64,000 bases of DNA from Octopus vulgaris (GCA_951406725.2 OX597820.1:105090001-105154000); one strand, 5' to 3'. Shown: positions 36,492 to 50,421, counted from the stretch's first letter. Numbers and translations: made by a program. Notes: generated from the sequence alone by a model not told the origin.

Positions 36492-39400
36492 AATGTTTTA
36501 CCATGATGAAAGCTTTCTTCTCCCTATTTATTGTGTTATAATCCAACATACTACACAGCATCTCAAGGAATATTATTCAACTCTCTGTAGGCTCTCTTGA
36601 CTGAAGATTAAACCTTACATCATCCATTACTCAGAATACCACCCAAATTAAACTTCTGCTCCACCTGTTTTCCTTCCTGAGATTCATAATCATGCATTTC
36701 ACACACACACACACACACACACATCTACAGTTTCTAGTGAACTACTACTACTCATTCTTCTCAGTAATTAGCAAAGAAATGAGTAGGTGTCATATAAATA
36801 CAGGCTTGTAGCATTCAGTGAAACTTGAACCTTCCAACTGTTTTGGGTGGTCTTATTGAATAACCTTTAGGAGAAAACTTAAAGTCTAAAGCTAGTAGCA
36901 AAATGAAAACAAAAAATCCTGAGTATTGAAGAAATAATCATGGTTACATTTGCTAAATGAACTTTACAAAGTCTCGGATTTAGAGAATGGCATATTTACA
37001 GAATAGAGAGGTTCAGTATGAATGACAAATAAAATTACAACTCACTGAGACACAAACATAGAATGGTTCTTCAGAATATGCGAACTGTGCTCATAGCAGC
37101 AGCACTAAATCAGAAAGTGAGCTTGCTGCTACTTTAAATGATAGAAACAAATTATCCCTGTTAAAATCTTAGTCATAGACACAGAATCCTTGACATAGAC
37201 CCAACACAAAAGGAATTCTAACAGCTAAAAATATCTATAAAATAAGTTAGCTCAAACTAAATACAGGAATTAGAAGCAATGCAATAACTAAAGAATAAAA
37301 TGCTGGTTTAAAATATATTCTTCATAAATAGTTTGATGGTTTAAAATTCTGAACTAAGACAATTATATTTATTTAAAATGTATAAATACTCTTTCTTCCT
37401 ATTTTACATTGTTCTCTTTTATAAACATATAGCTGTTAGATAGTATTATTTTGTTCTTTATATAAATTTTGCTTATTTCTTTTGCCTGTCTAAACAAAGC
37501 CAGGCTCCACTCCTACTTCACAATAGGAAGGGAGTCTAGTGAAAAGCAATTTACTTCAACTGCCCTACCAATGTAAGCATGAAAACAGTGGCTGTAAAAC
37601 TAAATATAAGAGGTTTTGAATCCAATGAAAATAATCACATTGGTATGAATTGAGAGAGCTAAGTTTTACACTAGTCTACTATTTGAAAAGTCAAGAGTTT
37701 ATATCTTGTCACCATATTAACATTGTGTTACTTAAGACACTTGCTGAAAATAACATAGCAGTATATATATAATTCATTGCCTCACATAGTTGATGGAATG
37801 CACTGTATGCTACATGTCTGGGACAAGTCATTAATAAAATTACAATCTTTGAGACTATTAATTTCATCTTTAGATATGAGACATATTTATAATATTACCA
37901 TCTACAGTACATTTCAATTACTTTGATTTCTGATTATCACAAAGCACTCATCAATAACAAGACGTTAATCTTTCACTTGCTTGACAAGCACACACTTATT
38001 TGAATGTTTGCTATGAATTCAAATCAAAAGGCTGATAGCCTTTCGTGGCCAACATATTACTAGATGTAAGTAAGTTATCTCTGAAGACAGGTCACTCAGT
38101 AAAAAATTTGCAATCTTAAAGCTAGGTAAAAGCATACAGTTAGGCAACAGAAGAAATGAAATGCCAACTGAAAACCAAGTTTGTAACCTGGTTTCTATTT
38201 TTAGCTGCAATAAATGTTATCCCCCGCTGCTAATTACCATGAGAAGAATATAAGAATCAGAGCTTCCATGACTTTTATTTTAGAAATTATAAACTTTATG
38301 CCTGGTTGGAGGCAACAGGAAACCAATCTGGTATACCTTGCCTAGAGAAGATATGTTCAAAAAAGGATACACAGCTAAAAGGAAAAGTAAACTTGGAGTT
38401 ACAACTAGATCACACCTGGCATATAACATTTGCTGAATCACTTATAAGTAGCATCAGTTTTGTTATTTTAGCCTTTTACTGGTTTCAATTATTGGATTGT
38501 GGCCATGCTGGAATAATTCTTCTAAGGCTAATGTAAAGGGACATAACTATGCAGTTATTAGGCCATTATACTTGCATGCATATTATTTAAGTAAAGTACT
38601 GAAATTTGTGTGCAGATGAAGTGTAACTAAATATGTATATTTTAGCCCTCAACACATGCTAAATACAGAATTGTTAGTAGTAGACATATAAACTTTACAT
38701 ATCAAACGAAATAGAATCCAAGGAGACAAGATTGGATGAGGAATTGGAAGTATAGGAGTGAAACGGGAAAGACAATAGAGTTTTATTTCAGAAATTGGCT
38801 GTATCTAATGAAGAACGCAAGACAGCTTGAGCTTGCATAGATAAACAGGAAGTAGTAAGGGAGAGAAAACTATGTGGAAGAGATAGAAGGAAAGATGAAC
38901 AAATTAAGGAAGAGAAGCAAGCAAGGATAGAAGGAGTAATTAAGGTGAGAAGGAGCAGACAGATAAAAATAGGATTATATATCTAAGAAGAGGTGAAGGA
39001 GTAGAAAGAAAACCATTCATTTAAACTTGTCAATGGTATAGTTCTGAGTTTGGATATGAAATGGTTCTTCTGTTTCCCTTGAGTGTACTAAACCATGATA
39101 TGCAAAGGTGCTGTCTATCAAATTTCACTTATAGAGCGGTTTTAGGAACCACATGACTGCAAAATGAACTTCTTAACCACAAGCCTTAGCATGCAACTCA
39201 AGTAAGACATTTGCAAATCTTCACACATGGGGGAAAATTTACTGATTCCTTCAGATAAGGAGGAAAGCAAATTTTTGTGTTTTTTTTTTTTTGAAGATAT
39301 GGTAGATTTGATAAAATCAATAATGAATATCAGTATCTGGTTGGACAAAAAGAAATCAAATATTTTGTAGTGGAAACAGAACATAACTGGTAACTGTTGT

Positions 39401-41294
39401 TGTTTAGCTCCCACGTATAACCTGATGTAGCAAGCCTATGATCGAAAACATGACTACCTCACCTTTTCCCAAGTACATTGGGCCAAAAACTTACATTATC
39501 TCATCAGTCCACCCACTAAGATGAGCTTACTGGTTACAGTACACAGGCAGGGTGCCAATTGAAGGAGATATAACTGCCATTTTTAACAGGTTCATTAACT
39601 ACATAGAAGCTCCTTCATTGGCTTGAATAGGTAAAACATATTACCAGAGCGTATTTCATTGATAAAGGTTGATAAAAAGTAAATTTAATTTGATGAAAAT
39701 AAATTCTGTAGCACTTTTAGTCTGAAGTTGAAATGTTTGGACTATACTCATTGATTAAAGTAAAATATTATTTAAACACCTGAACAACAATTGATTCAAG
39801 TTGTTTAAAGTGAAGAGAAAGACCCAAAGAAACTGGTGAAGGAACATGAAAAGCAGAAATTTGTATAATGGCTTTCTTTATTATATCATTAAATTACCAT
39901 ATTTCTGTCGAAAAGCACAACATTTGATTCAATTAACTTTGAAAACAATGAATTTATAAAATAACTTTGTTATTAAACTGATGTTCAAGACAAAAATTAA
40001 CATGGAACATTTAACAGTTTCATCAAAGGTTTAAATTTAAATTACTTCAAAAACGGAATTTGTTTCATAGAATTAGGGGTACGCTCAGATGAGATGGTAT
40101 CAAAAGGAGCAAAAAAATCTTTAAGCTTATCATTACTATTCACACAATGTTGTCTTGAGTTAGTAAAAGTTAGGTTGATAAATTTTCATCAAAGAGTGTG
40201 ATATGTTCTGATGACAATAAATAAACCATTTCATTGGTACCAGCAGAGAAGATCACTCACTATCCAACAAAGAGTACCACCTGAAATGCTACATTTTTGT
40301 CCTCCTCCTCACAGAAAAAACAATATTTTCCACTTTTGAACGTACACTTTTTGAACGTACACTTTTTGAACGGTACGTCAGCTCAAGGATTTTGAATGGT
40401 TGCATCTAATTCTGAGTTATATAAGAATATCTTTATTCAATATCTGCTACTTCGGAAGAGTAAAATATTCTGGTGTGACAGTATACCAAACCCAACCAAC
40501 TACCATCACATTTAAGATAGCAAGCAAGCATTAGCAGCAGGATTCAGAATTAGTGGTACTTATGTAGCAACTTTAGAGTCAAAATTAGTTAGCTGAACAG
40601 TACCTTCAGATAAGAACTGCACACAATCAGCTGACACACTCTTCAGCTATTCAGCAACAGATGGGCATTATCAAGCATGATGATGGTATGACTGAGTGAT
40701 ATAGTGCTACAGTAAATTGACAGGAAATCTAAACCAGCCAGTATCGTAAGTTGTGTGACTAAAATAACATTGTCTTCATGCTAGGAAATTAACAAAAATA
40801 TGTAAATAAATAAGAACAAGAAACAAAAATAAATATAGAACTCACAAACAAGGAAGATTATTTCTGATTAAATAAGTAAGCAACCTGAAATATTTATTTT
40901 TACAACTAAAAGCCTTTCAATTTCAAGAACTGGAGAGAAAACTATTTAGCCGAATCAAAGATGTCTTTCTTGAGCTAAAGATCAGAAATAATAGCACCAT
41001 AGTTTGCTAACATGTGTAGAAGTGGGCTGTGCTCAATTATAGTTCTTTAGCCTTAAAAGGAAGTAGGTAACATTCTGTCAACACGTAATGAATGTTTAAG
41101 TGTATAAAGAGTATCGGTTTAAAGGTTTAATGGTTAAACCACTTGGTGCAATAGTGTTGCAATGAAAAGACAATAAAGAACAGTAATGGTATGAAAGAGA
41201 AGATAGAGCTAACATTGATGCTGATGAAAGTAATTTTCAGTTTAAATTGTTTTGATATGAGTGAGTGGGGATGAAGAAGTGTAGATAGCTGGAT

Positions 41295-41524
41295 TTAACC
41301 ATTTAGCATTCAGATTACTGTCAAATGTGATGCTCATGTATTCATATTGCTTTGAATCAATCATACACTACCTTATAACTTCAAGGTTTCAATGATAATA
41401 TGATTGTTTATTTTTAGAATGACATTGTAGGGTAGGTATGAGACACCAAATCTAGTGAGTTTGAACATAAAACAAGTAGAATATTTTGGCTGGACACAGT
41501 TGATTTAAAATACTAAAGGGTTAA
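41295..41524. mobile_element. TTAA MITE family 1
   Basis: ttaa-ccatttagcatt..aatactaaaggg-ttaa. Confidence 0.85.
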
Positions 41525-42813
41525 ATAGCTAATAGTCGGAGGAAGCCACAGTAAGTTGGGTCAGATATATTTAGTGAAGATGACATAGATCTAGCAATGC
41601 CTTTGTAGTATCTAAGAGAAAAGACAACAACATTTCAATACCCACTTTTCAATACCTGCATGGGTCAGACAGAAATCATTGTGGTAAGATTTTCTACACC
41701 TAGATCCCTTTCTTTCATCAGCCTTCACTTGTTTCCAAGCAAGTCAATATTTTTCTATGACCACATATTTTCATTGAAGACAGGAAACAAATGATGTTGC
41801 TTGTACAACATTGACACTTGATGACAAAACAAGGAGACATAAACACACACAGTCATAAATGGAACAGTTAGATGAGAAGCCACTGATCGTTGTGGTGACA
41901 ATAGAAGCTTTAGATCTAACCTAAAATATATTTGTGTACATACATCATGTGTGAGTGTGCTAACCCACATGGCATTTTCAGGAAAATACGGATTATTACT
42001 GAATAGAGTGCTGTTTTATCACCAAATACTGGGGTCCTGAAATACGCCTGTCACATTTCCAACAATAACATTTATGAATTCACAATAGATCTTCATTTAA
42101 TAGAGTTAAGACATCAGTGGCTAAAAGCAATGTTTGAATAATTGTTTCCCCAAAACATGAAGAAATCTTTGCAAGTGAGAGGTGATAACAATTTCATCCA
42201 ATGAACAAACAGTACCGCAGAAAAATAAGAAAATCTAAGTAAAATTTCTGTTACCTGACAAGCATAAACATAATATTTACTGGGGAGGAGGAGGGGATGA
42301 TGGAACCACCCACATAAATTCTAAATCCTAATCAATTATCTCAATGCAAAGGAATATTTCAAGGAGACTAACAAAAAAAAAAATTAGTTCTATCAAAACA
42401 AAAAAAAAAAAAGAGTGAACTAAAAATTGGCATCATTGCTGATATTTACATGTTTAATGTTCACAAGCTGCCAAAATCGACTTTTTATTGTCTTTTACTG
42501 TTCCTGCTGTTTAAACTTTTCATGTCAACCTGCCGATGACTGCATCTGATTCTGTGACATAAATTTCCTGCTTAAAGTTATCTAAATTAAAAATCTATCA
42601 AAATTAATTTATGTCCCATACATCAGGGTAATAAGGACATTGTTATGTTACTAAATTTATCGTTTTTTTTTCTTTTCAAAAGAAATACTCCAAAGCACTT
42701 TGTCCAACACATTAAAAATTCTGCCAGTTCACCAGCTCTTCTACCCAGAACAGAATAATTAAACATAAATTATTCCTGTATTAAATTTGAAAATGTGGAT
42801 CAGAGGAATATTT

Positions 42814-43365
42814 ATCATCATCATCATTGTTTATCATCCACTTTCCATGCTAGTATGAGTTGGACGATTTTGACTGAGGGCTGGCGAACCAGATGGCTGC
42901 ACCAGACTCCAATCTTGATCTGGCAGAGTTTCTACAGCTGGATGCCCTTCCTAACGCCAACCACTCTGAGAGTGTAGTGGGTGCTTTTTACATGCCACAG
43001 CATGGGGGCCAGTCAGGCGGTACTGGCAATAACCTTGCTTGAATCTTTTTAGACATGCCACCAGCACAGGTGCCAGTAAGGTGATGCTGGTAACAATCAC
43101 GCTCGAATGGTGCCCTTTTATGTGCCACCGGCACGGAAACCAGTTAGCCACTCTGGCAATGATCATGCTCGGATGGTGCTCTCTGGCAACGATCATGCTA
43201 GGATGGTGATCTTGGCACCCTACTAGCACAGGCACAAGTGCCAGTAAACCAACGCTGGCAACGATCACACTCGAATGGTGCCTTTTATGTGCCACTGGCA
43301 CGGAAGCCGGTTGGCCACTCTGTCAACAATCACACTCGTATGGTGCTCTTTGAACCCCGCTAGTC
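42814..43365 (-). mobile_element. RTE LINE 3'UTR with internal tandem array
   Basis: (cat)n tail; colinear with 58085-58430; six copies of a 'ctggcaacgatcacgctcgaatggtgc'-like unit. Confidence 0.85.
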
Positions 43366-43554
43366 ATCGATTTTGATTTTGATTTAGAATATCATAATTT
43401 ATTTCAAGACCTAAGAACTGTCTCGTACTATGACAAACCATCCAATACAGGCTGTTGTGACAGACAGACTGACCCATCTCATCACTGGATCCACCAACAC
43501 AACCTAACCCAATGCTGCTATCATTTTGCCCCTCACCTCTCCTTCACATTAACT

Positions 43555-43812
43555 GAGTGGTTATCAACCAGGGTCCACATGGCCCCTGAGTTTCAACATA
43601 AGATTTTGCTGTTAAAATTTATCTGCAATAAATTGGTCATACTTCAACAAAACACAAAATATTTCAATCTTTTTATACAATTCTTAAAATAATGTTTAAT
43701 TATAAAAATATAATAGGATTTTTTAAAACATTGAATGGCTGTAGGGGGTCCATCCAAGTAAAATAGGAATCAAAGGGGTCCATAGGTGAAAAAAAATGGT
43801 TGAGAAACACTG
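43555..43812. mobile_element. hAT-type MITE
   Basis: TIR gagtggttatcaacc / ggttgagaaacactg; 8-bp TSD cattaact / cactaacc (6/8); subterminal ggggtcc repeats. Confidence 0.8.
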
Positions 43813-44809
43813 CACTAACCCCTGACATCACTCTTCTCTTTACCCTCTCCGGCCTCCTCCCCCTCCACCCTAACAATATCCCCTGTTATTCTCTCTATTA
43901 TCATCTTCTCACAATAAATTTGTTCTTTTCTATCATGGTATGCTCTCTTTGCAAGCTGCAAGGTGACCCCCACCCCGTAACAGTGCTAGTAATCAGTGTG
44001 AGCAGTAACAATGCAGGGCTTAAGAAGGCTTTTCAGTCTTGTGACAGCAAGACATCATTAGTGTTGGTGCCATGAAAATAAACGTACCCAGAATAGTTTG
44101 TAATGTGGTTGATACTAAGAATAGAACAAGACCTAGTTCTCCAACCCATTAAATCCTACCAAACTGTCCTACCCATACAAACATAGAAAACAGACAGATG
44201 ATGATGATGATGACAATGATGATGAGGATAATGAAATATCTAAAGGACTTCTGAAAACTAAATGAATAAATAATTATTAATAATATATTGCTGACATTTG
44301 AAGACTTTATTACATTGTTTAATTACTTAAAGAGGTCTATAAAGTAACTACCACTATTCATTAAAGTAATTTTGAATTAGTAAAAGCTAGGTCAGTGATA
44401 GGACTTGCAAGAGTTGTTAGAAGAGAGGTGGTTGCAATGTAGTGGGAAGAAGACAGAATTAGGAAGAAGATAAGGCTTTACTAACTTTTTCATGTACATA
44501 ATGTCCTGAGCTATTCCAGATAAAAATCTAATAACAGCTGTTACTGCCTTTAATTGATGATAATAAAGATAATTAATCATGGTAATGATGGCGATGAAGA
44601 TAATGATAAAATAAACACATTGGTTACAATCTATGAATTTATGCCCAACGTATAGGTAATAAATAAAAAAATTGCACACATACAATTATGATTGTTCAGT
44701 TAAGTCTGATTTGCAGTTACATGGATCCAAATTCATTTCCACTTGATTAAGTGAAAGCTATGGTGCAGAGGCCTGTCATGTGTGTATGCAAAAAACACAC
44801 ACACACACC

Positions 44810-45047
44810 TATCAACATCATCAACATCCTTTAATGTCTGTCTTCCATGCTGGCATGGGTCAGATGGTTCAACAGGATTCAACAAAACAATATGTGGCTG
44901 TGTGGTAAGAAGCTTGCTTCCCAATCACATGGTTCCGGGTTCAGTCCCCTGCATGGCACTTTGAGCAAGTGTCTTCTACTATAGCCTCAGACTGACCAAA
45001 GCCTTGTGAGTTGAATTGTTAGACTGAAACTGAAAGAAGCCTGTCAT
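44810..45047. mobile_element. RTE tail fragment (-) adjacent to SINE family A head and body (+)
   Basis: 'ttccatgctggcatgggtc' then 'ggctgtgtggtaagaagcttgcttccc..gggttcagtccc'. Confidence 0.85.
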
Positions 45048-45737
45048 AGATAAAATTAGCAGAGGTGCTGCTTCAGATAATTTGTAGCCATTGTTTTAAT
45101 ATTGTGTAAAAGGAAACAAACATATAAAAAGAATATTTATACATAAACTTGATCAGTTCACATTTTAGCCACTGACAGACAAGTGTGTTTAATTTGTTCA
45201 CTGAACACCACTGCAAATTCCACCTTGTTTTTCAAAAAACACCCCTAAATCACAAAATAATGGGAGAAAAATCTACCCTATTTTTCAAATCCTGGCAGCA
45301 ACACTGAAGCTTGAAGCAGGATAATACTCTAATTCTACACTTTATCACATTCAAAAATATAAACATTTTTAAGCACAACACACAGGGAATCAAAAAGAAA
45401 CACCACCTTTCACCAGAACTGTGTGAATGACAGTGCTTTCTCGCCCTAGCATGAAGCTTCCTATCTTGGACATGTGAGCATGGGCACAACAGCTAAACAC
45501 TGCATCGCTGGAACTGTGAAGCACATAGTTCTATACAAGGATTTTTGTATTTGTTCATAAACTAGGGGATGGCTACTGACATTAAACTTAAGGACTATAT
45601 AATGTACAAGTATAAAGAAAGAATTAAAGAAAAAAGGACTCATTATATTGAATGTTATTGATAATATCGAGTGGAAATAGGGGGCGCTGCAGTTCCACAG
45701 TGCCTATATACAAGCTGCCACTAATGGATGGATGGAT

Positions 45738-45957
45738 GGATATGTTTGCATGTCTGTGTTTGTCCCACCACCATCACTTGACAACCAATTTTAGTGTGTT
45801 TACATCCCTGCAACTTAGTGGTTCAGCAAAAGATATAGATAGAATAAGTACTAAGCTTACAAAGAATAAGTCCTGGGGTCAATTTGTTCGATTAAAGGTG
45901 GTACTCCAGTATGGCAGCAGTCAAATGACTGAAACAAGTAAAAGAATAAAAGAATAT
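45738..45957 (+). mobile_element. SINE family A tail B
   Basis: 'gtttgtcccaccaccatcacttgacaacc..actgaaacaagtaaaagaataaaagaata'. Confidence 0.85.
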
Positions 45958-45963
45958 ACACAT

Positions 45964-45994
<31 letters not shown>

Positions 45995-46607
45995 AGGACA
46001 GACAGACAGATGTATAATGATGCATATCTGCTCACCTGAGTCCTTCTTATAGCCACACTTTACTCCATGGACTCAGCTCTTGGTAAAGATTTCGGAGTGT
46101 AAGTTCAAATCATTTGAGTGCTACTAAGTGTTTTCTATATTGAGCATCTCTAGATATCATCTGGTGACTATATATAACATATATATATAGCAGCAGCAGC
46201 ATCGTTGTTTAACATCTGCCTTTCATGCTGGCATGGGTTGGATGGTTTGACAGGAGCTGACCAGGCAGAAGACTGCACTAGACTTCTGTGACTGTTTTTA
46301 TGGCTGGATGCTCTTCTTAGCACAAACCACTCTGCAGAGTGGACTGAATACTTCTTACATGCAACCAGCACATGTATCAATATCATCATCATTTAACCAG
46401 CCAGCTTCAATGCAGTCATGAGGACTGTATTGAGTTCTAGTATACATATATATGTGTGTGTGTGTAAGTGTGTGTGATTTGTGTTTATGTTATGTCGAGT
46501 CCCTTTATGCTATAGAACTTAGTGGTTTGATAAAACAGTGATCAATAAAATGAATGTATCAAACTAAAATAAGCACTGGAGTCAGTATGATAGACTAAAA
46601 CCTCTGT

Positions 46608-46862
46608 GGAGGTGCATGGCCTATAGGTTAGGGTGTTGGACTCATGATCGTAAGATTGTGGTTTCATTTCCTGGACCGGGCAACATATGTTCTTCTGCAA
46701 AACACTTCATTTCACATTGTTCCAGTCCACTCAGCCGGCAAAAATGACTACTCCTGCGATGAGCTAGTGCCCTGTCCAGGTGGAAAATTTATACACCATG
46801 GAAACCAGGAAACCGGCCCTTATGAATTGACAAGACTCAAGAAAGTAACTTCACCTTTAACT
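46608..46862 (+). mobile_element. tRNA-derived SINE family D, nested in a tail-B fragment
   Basis: 'ggaggtgcatggcc..gttagggtgt..catgatcgta..cctggacc..caaaacacttcatttcacattg..ccagtccactcagc'; second copy at 54063. Confidence 0.75.
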
Positions 46863-47178
46863 TTTTTTACTAAAACCTCTTGAAGGTGGTGTCCCAACAT
46901 GGCCATAGTCCAATAACCAAAAACCAGTAAAAGGATAAAAAGATAAACAAGTACACAAGTTCACACATACAAACTGATCCAATTAAAAAAGGTGGGGAAG
47001 TACAGAGACTAATGTAGCATCAAATAGTTCTTTACATATAGATATCCCTTTTAATAACAACTCACCTGAGACTACCTTTGGTTCTATGATACAAACTTCC
47101 TGTTTTGAAACTATCTAAATTAGAATGTTCCACCAAAATTTCATGTTAATTTATGTTTCAAACACCAGCATAATAATG

Positions 47179-47360
47179 CTTTCTATTATAGACACAAGGC
47201 CTGACATCTTGAGAAACTGGTACTTATTTTATTAACCCTGAAAGGATGGATGAAAGGCAATGTCGACCTTGACAGAATTTGAACTCAGATTGTAAAGACA
47301 GACGAAATGCCTGTAAACATTTTGTCCAACGTGCAAACAATTCTACCAGCTCACCACCTG
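47179..47360 (-). mobile_element. SINE family B inserted in a TTAA MITE, 20-bp TSD
   Basis: caaacaccagcataataatg (47159-47178) and caaacaccatcttaataatg (47361-47380). Confidence 0.85.
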
Positions 47361-49745
47361 CAAACACCATCTTAATAATGACAGCTATTTTATTAAGTTC
47401 TTCATTATTTTCAAAATTAATTGAAACAAAGGCAGAATATTTCTACAGAATTATAATGACAAAAGTGTAGTTAATCAGGAAGATCAGCTGAACACTTTTG
47501 AGCCATAAAGTTATGCAGACTTTGAAAAAAAGAAGATGGTGTATGAGCAGGCAAGCTGGGAAGTGTTGGTTACGAAAGTTATCAGAGAGCAATACAATTC
47601 TTCAACAGCAATGAATGTTGAGAAAGAAGAATGCACAGGGTGAGAGAGAGAGAGGGGTACTAAAAGAAAAAGAGAATTAGGTAGACATTATGGCCATCTG
47701 TTCAATCACTATCATATTTACTACATAGGGCAACATATTGGCAGAACTAACTAAATAGATGCTTTACAGTGTTTAGTTTCATCTTTCCAAAATCTGACAT
47801 CGAATCTCGCCAAAACCAAATATTCTCCTCATTTCTATGGAGCAACAGAAGCATCTGGAGGTGGGGATGAGGTACAATTTACTGACGATCACTAATACCC
47901 ACCATCCTACCCCAACAAAAAATTATACTCTCTGTATTCTTAAACAAATATAGCATTCAGAATAAATAGCTTGGATTTTTTTTATTAGTCAGAGATATCC
48001 ATTAGGTAAACAGGTAAAATAAAACACAACTGACTTCAAGTAAGAGATGGAAGATAAAAATTATGACACTCTTGCCTTTCCATAGAATGTTACTAGTGTA
48101 AGTGGAGTAGGTAAAAATAATATAATTACAATGGAGTATCAAAGTTACAGACACAATTTCAAGTAACAGCGAAAATGGAAATTATGACACTCTTGCCTTT
48201 CCATAAAATGCTACTTAATATAATTTTCAATAGAGAATCAAAGTTACAGACAGCTTGTCTCGTCATCAACTTATTTCCTCCTTACGCCACTTGCTGCATT
48301 AGTATTATATGGAAGTTTGTTTAGCAGTTTATTTTACTGTTAAATTAACCTGAAATTCAGTGTCATATAATCCTATATCAAATAAAATATGAAGCTGGAC
48401 ATGGTGCTAGGATAATGATAGAATTAGTTAAAATGGTGGCCTCAAGTCACAAGTAGCACTGTAACACAAAAAATACCAATACTTTCTCTTTATCTTCAGC
48501 ATAACTAAAAACTACCAAAACTTATTATTAATAACCTCATTATCAGTTAGAGGAATGAGGAGGTAGAAGTGCTAAAGTGATGGACAAAATAGAATACAAT
48601 ATTTAGTTATATCCCCACCACATTCTAAGTTCAAATCATCTAGGTGGTTGGATGCTTTTTTATCCTCTGGAAGTAAAACTTAGTGTAGTAATGGGGCTGA
48701 TTTGACAAACAATAAAAATGTGTAGCCTTGAGCCAATATAGATATTGTTGACGTTTGCCTTTCACCCTTCCGGAGTCAATAAAATAAGTACCAGTTGAGC
48801 ACTGGAGTCAATGTAATCAACTTGCCCCTTCCATCCAAAATTTCAAGCGTCATTCCTATAAAAGAAAGGATCATTATTATTGAAGAAAACTGCTGGTTTT
48901 ATGCTGCAATTAGAAATCATTATTTGCACAATGTTGTCTCTTTCTGGTTCTCTGCATTATTCATGTCAGGGCTATTTGTTGTTGGGTACAATAGGAAGCT
49001 ATTACTTTGCTTGGAAACAGAGTTTGTTAACGGGAAGGACATCTGGTCATGGAAAACTCAACACCAACATGCTCTCGTCTATCCTATACGGACATGGAAA
49101 AGTAAATGTTAAAATGATGATAATGGAAAATGTTTTTGAAAGTATGGCACAATGTTGCATGTGTAGGGGTATAGGTATAGATGACTAAATAAACTTCAGT
49201 ACATACCTGGTACTTAGTCAATCCCCGAGAAAGTAAGCAGTGAAAAATTTTGTATGGAAGCTATGCACAAAGGAGGATGTTGGGTGGAGTGATATATACA
49301 TATTTTAATTTTCATTAATTTATGTTGTGCGTGCAAAATCATCTGGTGATAACAGTTGAATGTTGTTTTAACATTCTTGGTATACTTATAATGGTCACTG
49401 ACCTGTCAGCTGTAATTTTTGTAGAGTATTCAATTTTGCTTAACTATTAGTGAGGAGGTGTAGAAAAGTTGTTAGTAAAAGGAAAGGGAGATAGTTAAAA
49501 ATGTTTGAGAATCACTACCTGAGTAGATAAAAGGTAAAGGTGACATTGACAAGGTTGCTCTAAGGTGGAACTAAATACTAAATGCCTTTTATTTGCTTCT
49601 CTACTGTTCCACCAACATAATAATAACTATTTCAAATTTTAGCACATTATTGGCAATTTTAGTGGAAAGGGTTAATTGATACTATTTACCCCAATATTTG
49701 ACAAAAACCACACGTCAAGGTAAATATGAACCCACTCACACTAAC

Positions 49746-49766
49746 ACACACATACATTATATATAC

Positions 49767-49799
<33 letters not shown>

Positions 49800-49927
49800 C
49801 ATGTATGAATATATATGTGTGTGTGTGTATATATAAGTATGTGTGTGTGTGTATATATATATAAGTATGTATGTGTGTGTGTATATATAAGTATGTATGT
49901 GTGTGTGCATATATATATATATATATA
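49746..49927. repeat. (TA)n/(TG)n compound microsatellite
   Basis: Directly visible, with a repeated 'ataagtatgt' spacer. Confidence 0.9.
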
Positions 49928-50406
49928 TCCCGTGCCCCGTCCAACCCGTGCTGGCGCGGAAAACGGACGTTAAACGATGATGATGATGATGATATATATT
50001 TATATATATATATATGTATGTGAATGTACACTACCGTCGGAAATTAATTAGCACCCTTGATTTGCTCTTCACTCAAGGTATGTGCTGTCACCTAGTGGCC
50101 ATATCTCGAACTATTGCTTTGTTGCGAGTTCACTGTTGCGCAGAACGATGACGTAACTTTGTTTGCAGAGCGGTTTGAGAGTCTACAGCCTAATGATGTT
50201 GACATAGCAGTGCAACAACAACTTGGAGTGCGGATGCAGACAAATCTTCCTTTGTTTAATAGATATAGGTAGCGCCTCGCAAGGACCGAAATCACACCGT
50301 ACTAAGTTTTCTCATCGCGTAAGACGTTTTGAACAGCTCGTAGGTTAATTGATTTCTGTATTTGCAAGATTTTTTTTCCTCACAAATTCTCCTACACTCT
50401 GCTTCA

Positions 50407-50421
50407 TGACGTCACTTCCAG
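50407..50421 (-). promoter_or_regulatory. ETS-CRE composite-like motif in the Tc1 5' region
   Basis: Minus strand CTGGAAGTGACGTCA: perfect CRE TGACGTCA overlapping an ETS GGAAGT core. Confidence 0.4.

Noticed and set aside
40331-40372. 15-bp unit cactttttgaacgta x3
   Set aside because: Simple local slippage duplication; superficial rRNA resemblance does not extend.
43010-43352. CRISPR-like repeat-spacer look
   Set aside because: Repeats are degenerate, linkers recur and vary in length, there are no cas genes, and the array lies in a LINE 3'UTR in eukaryotic DNA.
48058-48252. Two diverged direct copies of a ~75-95-bp segment (similar small duplications at 30019-30104 and 13051-13121)
   Set aside because: Ordinary local tandem duplications with no termini or coding signal.
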